Below, piece after piece: positions 59,024-64,000 of a stretch of 64,000 bases of DNA (the first letter of the stretch is position 1; each line of letters begins with the position of its first letter). The translations under genes and the position numbers were made by a program. Source of the DNA: an uncultured Candidatus Saccharibacteria bacterium (GTDB lineage: Bacteria; Patescibacteriota; Minisyncoccia; Phycocordibacterales; UBA2100); NCBI GenBank assembly GCA_964471165.1, contig CAYYEX010000002.1:124965-188964 (forward strand), read 5' to 3'. The notes under the pieces were generated by a model that was not told the origin of the DNA, did no database searches, and was given only the letters and a program-made list of their open reading frames with translations.

Positions 59024-59058
59024 CATATTAAGATAACGGTAGTTATATTAATATGTAT
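59024..59058. repeat. 35-bp site R1: CATATTAAGATAAC-N10-TTAATATGTAT (8-bp inverted arms CATATTAA/TTAATATG)
   Basis: direct-repeat partner of 59623-59657; ends 2 nt before the stop codon of the 59061-59624 gene. Confidence 0.7.
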
Positions 59059-59060
59059 TC

Positions 59061-59624
59061 CTACTTGAGACTGAATTTCGTTCGAAGGTGAGAATCTCTC
59101 TCGATCGTATCAGCAATTATGTACAGAACCTCTTTCCCCAAGCCGTAGTCGACTTTTAACAAGGTAATCAATTCTTCACAGTCATATGGAAAAACCCAAA
59201 CCGAATCCTGCAATCTTTCGAAACCAATTTCCACGAGAGTTTTTCTGAGAAGGTGTCGGTGGCCCTTTCTCGCTTCAGCGATGTCGAAAATCACCATTCG
59301 CCACCTTCCATCCCATTTGGCCGGCTTACGTACCACAAAGCTTTTCCGGACTAGGAAAGCACTCCCTTTCGGTGTAATTCGTAAACGCCTTCCGCTGGCA
59401 CCCTCTTCGTAAGAAATCAGGCCCTTCTTCAATAATCGCTGCGAGGCAGTCTCGATAGATTCTTTAGACCTATTTGAATACCGTTTACCGAGGAGTTGAA
59501 GCACGTTTGGCGCTAAGATGGCCAGAGTGAGGACTCCTCCAAGCTCAAGAGAGGAGAGAATCGCATTCTGAAGTTTGGTACGCCTTTCACGCCTCTTCAG
59601 ATTACCCTCCATTGTGGTTCCCAT
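59061..59624 (-). CDS. winged-helix DNA-binding domain fused to a Cas2/VapD-like C-terminal domain (possible PaaX-like regulator)
   Basis: N-terminal wHTH (LLKKGLISYEEGASGRRLRITPKGSAFL); C-terminal WRMVIFDIAEARKGHRHLLRKTLVEIGFERLQDSVWVFPYD parallels the Cas2 signature LVLVTYDIS...RRLAKLLLEYGYRIQQSVFEC. Confidence 0.6.
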   Translation of the reverse strand: MGTTMEGNLKRRERRTKLQNAILSSLELGGVLTLAILAPNVLQLLGKRYSNRSKESIETASQRLLKKGLISYEEGASGRRLRITPKGSAFLVRKSFVVRKPAKWDGRWRMVIFDIAEARKGHRHLLRKTLVEIGFERLQDSVWVFPYDCEELITLLKVDYGLGKEVLYIIADTIERDSHLRTKFSLK

Positions 59625-59657
59625 ATTAAGATAACTATAGCACTGTTAATATGTATC
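59623..59657. repeat. 35-bp site R2: CATATTAAGATAAC-N10-TTAATATGTAT
   Basis: identical 14-nt and 11-nt flanks to R1 with a different 10-nt centre; begins at the start codon of the wHTH gene and lies ~50 bp upstream of the divergent LCAT-like gene. Confidence 0.7.
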
Positions 59658-59708
59658 GGGAGGGGATAGCTTGATGAAGGGCTCATGTGTTGGCATACTG
59701 TCCGGGAT

Positions 59709-62700
59709 ATGACTTCTGCACGCTTTGTGCTCGTCTCTCTCCTCGGCGCACTCCTGGTTCCGTATGCTGCATCTGCTGCGACATATGGTGATATTGGTCA
59801 CGACATCTCGTTCCCGGGAAGTGGCTCTATGGCAGCGATGCAGAACCTGGGCAATGGCAACTTTACCCACGGGGCCGCAGTAACCGGCATGGATGTGCGC
59901 ATTTCCACCGCCGCAGGACAAATGATTAAGGCGTTTATTGTTGAATACGCAATTGATGGTGGACAAACCGCACAATACGGGCCTGTTGATTACGTCACGA
60001 CAGTTGACGGGGAACAGGTATATCACTTTGAACTGCCAGCTCCGTTTACGCCTCGCGCCGACCGATGTTACAACCTCCTGTTCTACCAGTTCCTCGATCC
60101 CTCGGGGACAACGTTCTATGGGTGGTCGAATGAAAAATATGTGGCTTCACACGCAGGGTGCGCATTTGGGCGAAACTCAGATGATGTTGCTTACCTAAAC
60201 CAAAACCCTTCACTCAATTATCCCGGGCTTGTCGATTATTCGTTTGTAATTCATGACGACGGTTTTATTCCGCCCCCACAAGAGCCGGTTGTTCCTCTGG
60301 GCAAAACATACGGAAGTCTCGATGCGGATTTTACTTTTGGGGCACAGGGAACGATGGCCGCGGTGCAGAATCTCGGAAACGGAACGTTTTCTGAGGGAAA
60401 TACAGTAACGGGTGTTGATGTGCGTGTGGCGGCAGTGCCGGGTAATATCATCAAAGCTTCGGTTCGTGAGTTTGACTCTGTGGGCAATCAACTAAACGAG
60501 TACTTCCCGCCCGATTATCTGCCAACGGTAGAGGGTGACCACGTGTACAATTTTGATTTTTCAACTACGTTTACTCCCGACCCATCTCATTGCTACCAGC
60601 TGTATTCCTATCAGGCTAACCTTTCGCCATACAGCAGTACGTACTACGGACATTCGAATGATGTGTATGTGGCTTCAAGTACCGGCTGTGTATTTGGACA
60701 GAATAATGATGACCGGGCACATCTCACCCAAAACCCCAGCTTGAACGCTGACGGATATATTGACTACGCATTCCGCATCCACACAAACGGAGCAACCTCT
60801 ACGCCCCCTGCAACCACGACTCCTGCGTGCACGGAGAATTGCTATTCCAACGTGCTGTTCCTGCCCGGTATCAAAGCGAGTCGTCTGTACCATCCACGCG
60901 GACCGAGCTGTGCGGTCGGCGACTGCGAGGATCAGGTGTGGATACCGAACGCGAACAGTGACGTTGAAGACATGTTCCTAAATCCAGATGGCACAAGCGT
61001 GCGACGAGACATTTATACAAAAGATATTCTCGACAAATATCCGGGAGGAGATGTTTACGACTCTTTCTCAAAGTTTATGAATCAAATGGTTGCTTCGAGC
61101 ACCATAAATAAATGGGATTCTGTGCCATACGACTGGCGACTCGATCTTGAGCATGTGGTGAATAATGGCACCTCCATCGACGGACATATTTCATACGTAG
61201 ACAATGCAACATCTTCGTACGTGATTAACAAACTCGTACAGCTCGCGGAAAGTTCAAAAACAGAGAAGGTGACAATTGTTGCCCATTCAAATGGAGGATT
61301 ATTCGCTAAGGTATTGATGAAGAAACTCGACGAGATGGGAAAGGGCGACCTTGTAGATAAAGTCGTATTTGTTGGGGTGCCGCAGTTGGGGACGCCAAAA
61401 GCGATTGCGACATTCCTGCACGGATACGATGAATCCATCCTGCGCGGGGCGGTGCTCAATGAAGCGACCGCGCGAACGTTCGCTGAAAACGCTGCGGGTG
61501 CGTACACGCTTCTGCCATCTAATGCGTACGTCGCAAAAGTCTCGACGCCGACGGTTGAGTTTTCCTCAACTTCAACAGCAGCCCAGACGCTCTTCAGTCA
61601 ATATGGTGCGTCTATTCAGTCGTACCAGACACTGCGGGCATTTCTGCTTGGTTTTGATGGCCGACAGAAGCCCGCGACGAGCGACGTAGATTCACCAAAC
61701 ATTCTGAACTTTGAACTTCTTAACCGAGCGGAGCAACTTCACAGTGAACTTGATTCATGGACACCACCTGCGGGAGTGAAGTTGTATGAGGTGGCGGGGG
61801 TAGGACTGGAAACGCCTTCAGGGATTAAGTACATTGATAGCTGCAAGTTCCATTGCATGTTTGGGGGGCCCAGTCTTTCATATGAGCCAAGCGTTGTATT
61901 TGAGGGCGACGGAACGGTCGTTGAAGCAAGTGCCCACTCGGGAGATGGTGATCAATACTATTTCAATATTAATCGGTACAACGATACAAATGGTGACCTG
62001 CCGTCGGTCGAGCACGGCACAATCATGAGCCCCCACGCAGTCCTCGATTTTGTCGACTGGGTAATTCGTAATGAGCCGATTCGTCCACTCTCAAATACTA
62101 TTTCTCCGACCGCGCCCAGCTTCGCTGGCCAGAAGCGTATTGCACTTCGCATTCACTCACCGGTCTCTCTCGATTTGTACGATGGCCAGGGGCGGCACAC
62201 GGGGGTGGTCCATGCTGCGCTGCCAGACGGCACCCCGATACGATATGTTGAAAACAATATTCCTGGTGCTCACTACGATGAGTTTGGAGAAGTAAAGTAC
62301 GCATTTACGGACGGTTCGATTCCCGTGCATGTTGTGCTTGATGGGCAGGCATCCGGTTTCGTTACCTACGACATTGACGAAATGGTTGGCAACGATGTGA
62401 TAACGACAACATCATTCGTGAATATCCCAGTCGCAACAAGTTCTGTTATTACGATGGACATTACTGATAATATTTCCACAGCGTCTGACCTCCATATCGA
62501 CGAGGATGGTGACGGCCACGCGGAAGCAATTCTAGAACCGGGCGGGATAGTGTTGTTCGATGTAACCGCGCCCACAACCATAGCTTCTACGACAGGACCA
62601 CTCGGTGCTCATAACTGGTATCTTGGTACAACAACCGTTCAGTTGAGTGCGACTGATAATGACGGAGGCTCGGGAGTAAGTGGTACAGTCTTTTCTCTCG

Positions 62701-63293
62701 ACGGTTCACCACTTCAAACGTATTCAAGCCCAATCGTAGTAACTACCGAAGGACTGCATACTTTGCAGTATTATTCGATTGATAACTCGGACAATCGGGA
62801 GGCAACGAGTACTCTTGCGATTAAGATAGACTCGACGGCGCCAGAGGCAAAGCTCTCGGTGAGCATCTCAACAAAAGACCTGCTGGTAGTGGGAGCGGGC
62901 GGAATGGGAACGACCACTGTGACCAAAGATGTGAACGGAAATTACACAGTCACGGACGATGCAGGGCATTCGACAAAACTCTTCTTTACGAAAACGTACA
63001 GCGGAAAAATACTCACATATGCAAAACTCACCGCCGTGCAATACGACAACGCTGCAAAACTCACACTCCCGTCGTCCTCGTTCCTATATGCGTGGGACTC
63101 CACATCGGCGCTCTTGAGCCAAACCATAGCCGCGGACAAGACCTATGCAATTCAGGCGCTCTTCGACAAAAAGAAGAATAAGACGACGGTGGTACTCCTA
63201 AAGAAAGGTCTTTCCATACAGACCCAGGTATTCACAGGATTGCGTATCGTGAAGCTTACGACGGCAAAAGGGGTGGTAGGGTATGAGATATGA
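59709..63293 (+). CDS. giant secreted LCAT/PGAP1-like alpha/beta-hydrolase (phospholipase/acyltransferase) with duplicated N-terminal domains and C-terminal Ig-like domains
   Basis: signal peptide MTSARFVLVSLLGALLVPYAASAA; two ~190-aa tandem homologous domains (…MAAMQNLGNGNFTHGAAVTGMDVR… / …MAAVQNLGNGTFSEGNTVTGVDVR…); LCAT-family YDWR motif (VPYDWRLDLEH) and nucleophile elbow VTIVAHSNGGL; C-terminal Big/Ig-like segment (LSATDNDGGSGVSGTVFSLDGS…). Confidence 0.7.
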   Translation: MTSARFVLVSLLGALLVPYAASAATYGDIGHDISFPGSGSMAAMQNLGNGNFTHGAAVTGMDVRISTAAGQMIKAFIVEYAIDGGQTAQYGPVDYVTTVDGEQVYHFELPAPFTPRADRCYNLLFYQFLDPSGTTFYGWSNEKYVASHAGCAFGRNSDDVAYLNQNPSLNYPGLVDYSFVIHDDGFIPPPQEPVVPLGKTYGSLDADFTFGAQGTMAAVQNLGNGTFSEGNTVTGVDVRVAAVPGNIIKASVREFDSVGNQLNEYFPPDYLPTVEGDHVYNFDFSTTFTPDPSHCYQLYSYQANLSPYSSTYYGHSNDVYVASSTGCVFGQNNDDRAHLTQNPSLNADGYIDYAFRIHTNGATSTPPATTTPACTENCYSNVLFLPGIKASRLYHPRGPSCAVGDCEDQVWIPNANSDVEDMFLNPDGTSVRRDIYTKDILDKYPGGDVYDSFSKFMNQMVASSTINKWDSVPYDWRLDLEHVVNNGTSIDGHISYVDNATSSYVINKLVQLAESSKTEKVTIVAHSNGGLFAKVLMKKLDEMGKGDLVDKVVFVGVPQLGTPKAIATFLHGYDESILRGAVLNEATARTFAENAAGAYTLLPSNAYVAKVSTPTVEFSSTSTAAQTLFSQYGASIQSYQTLRAFLLGFDGRQKPATSDVDSPNILNFELLNRAEQLHSELDSWTPPAGVKLYEVAGVGLETPSGIKYIDSCKFHCMFGGPSLSYEPSVVFEGDGTVVEASAHSGDGDQYYFNINRYNDTNGDLPSVEHGTIMSPHAVLDFVDWVIRNEPIRPLSNTISPTAPSFAGQKRIALRIHSPVSLDLYDGQGRHTGVVHAALPDGTPIRYVENNIPGAHYDEFGEVKYAFTDGSIPVHVVLDGQASGFVTYDIDEMVGNDVITTTSFVNIPVATSSVITMDITDNISTASDLHIDEDGDGHAEAILEPGGIVLFDVTAPTTIASTTGPLGAHNWYLGTTTVQLSATDNDGGSGVSGTVFSLDGSPLQTYSSPIVVTTEGLHTLQYYSIDNSDNREATSTLAIKIDSTAPEAKLSVSISTKDLLVVGAGGMGTTTVTKDVNGNYTVTDDAGHSTKLFFTKTYSGKILTYAKLTAVQYDNAAKLTLPSSSFLYAWDSTSALLSQTIAADKTYAIQALFDKKKNKTTVVLLKKGLSIQTQVFTGLRIVKLTTAKGVVGYEI

Positions 63294-63742
63294 GAGCCTT
63301 CGTTCAGGCGAACTTCTGGAGAGCGCTGCCAGTAGTGGCCGCTGTTGTGGTGTGGGGAATAGGATATATATACATGCATCCGTTGCTTTTTGGACTTTGC
63401 TCTGCGCCGTACGCCGAGGTTGGGTACACAGGTTGTTTGGATTCCACTTTTAGAACCGTTGGGGAACCTGCGGTGGTTTTTGGCAAATGGCTGCTTGCTG
63501 TCGGTGTAATTATGTTTTTTGTTCGGATTCAGATACTCAAGCGCTGGGCAATATTTGCAGCGTTGTTTCTGATTGTCGCTACCGTCCTAATACATACTAG
63601 CCCCACCACATCGGGGTTACCCGGATTGAACGAAAAGTTACTTATGGCTAACGCGCTCGGCATTTTTCTTCTCGTGATTACTCTTGTTTGGATGATTGTC
63701 CACACAGTCATACTCAAACGGAAGACCCGCGTCTCGAAGTGA
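63290..63742 (+). CDS. hypothetical membrane protein (4 TM)
   Basis: ATGA overlap with upstream stop; hydrophobic helices. Confidence 0.5.
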   Translation: MRAFVQANFWRALPVVAAVVVWGIGYIYMHPLLFGLCSAPYAEVGYTGCLDSTFRTVGEPAVVFGKWLLAVGVIMFFVRIQILKRWAIFAALFLIVATVLIHTSPTTSGLPGLNEKLLMANALGIFLLVITLVWMIVHTVILKRKTRVSK

Positions 63743-63811
63743 CAACGTGTTTATAAGGTGCCCGACACCATTTACAAAAAAGAGTTAATAGGGACAGAAA
63801 CGATTAAAACG

Positions 63812-64000
63812 ATGTCGAACAGCAAAAAGAGGAGTGATTCTACGAGAATCTCAACTGCGCCGCGATGGGCGGCGTACGGTGTTATATCAGCATCAATTCT
63901 GTTTATTGCTAGTTATGTTTGTAGAGAATCACTTACTACCTTTGCTTGCGCAAACGATTTGTACACGAGCGGCTACTCTGCATGTCGTAGTAGTGTCGAG
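63812..64000 (+). CDS. partial hypothetical membrane protein (runs off window)
   Basis: MSNSKKRSDSTRISTAPRWAAYGVISASILFIASYV..., no stop before edge. Confidence 0.35.
   Translation, partial: MSNSKKRSDSTRISTAPRWAAYGVISASILFIASYVCRESLTTFACANDLYTSGYSACRSSVE

Noticed and set aside
59061-59624. A bona fide CRISPR-associated Cas2
   Set aside because: There is no cas1, no repeat-spacer array in the window, and the protein carries an extra N-terminal wHTH. It is treated as a Cas2/VapD-like domain of unknown role.

Overview
The window looks like a gene-dense segment of a small bacterial genome. About 70 protein-coding genes and six tRNAs are packed with short gaps, and strong intrinsic terminators mark the ends of gene blocks. 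The content is informational and household: aminoacyl-tRNA synthetases (argS, ileS, glyQS, metG), ribosomal proteins (rpsT, rplS, rplK, rpsF, rpsR), secE-nusG, recombination and repair (ruvA, ruvX, recO, recA, ssb), ftsK, efp, tmk, tatD, plus several very large secreted or membrane-anchored orphan proteins. By inference only (lamin-tail-domain protein, pilMNO-type pilus genes, rplK not followed by rplA, split MetRS/tRNA-binding domain, many orphan surface proteins) it resembles a Candidate Phyla Radiation / Patescibacteria-type genome; this cannot be confirmed without searches. Notable items: (1) a flavin cofactor module combining a bacterial-type riboflavin kinase, an archaeal RibL-type FAD synthetase, riboflavin synthase and lumazine synthase, interleaved with a DMT-family transporter; (2) a two-subunit ATP-citrate lyase (aclB/aclA) with striking similarity to eukaryotic ACLY; (3) a tRNA hotspot with an HNH endonuclease overlapping tRNA-Arg, a minimal atypical kinase-like gene and partial tRNA duplications, plus a second tRNA-Leu 3'-end duplication; (4) at the right end, a winged-helix/Cas2-VapD-like fusion gene exactly bracketed by two 35-bp palindrome-armed direct repeats and divergent from a 1200-aa secreted LCAT-like (YDWR-motif) phospholipase/acyltransferase. 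Item (4) is the best candidate for an undescribed system. No CRISPR array, rRNA or classical transposase was seen.
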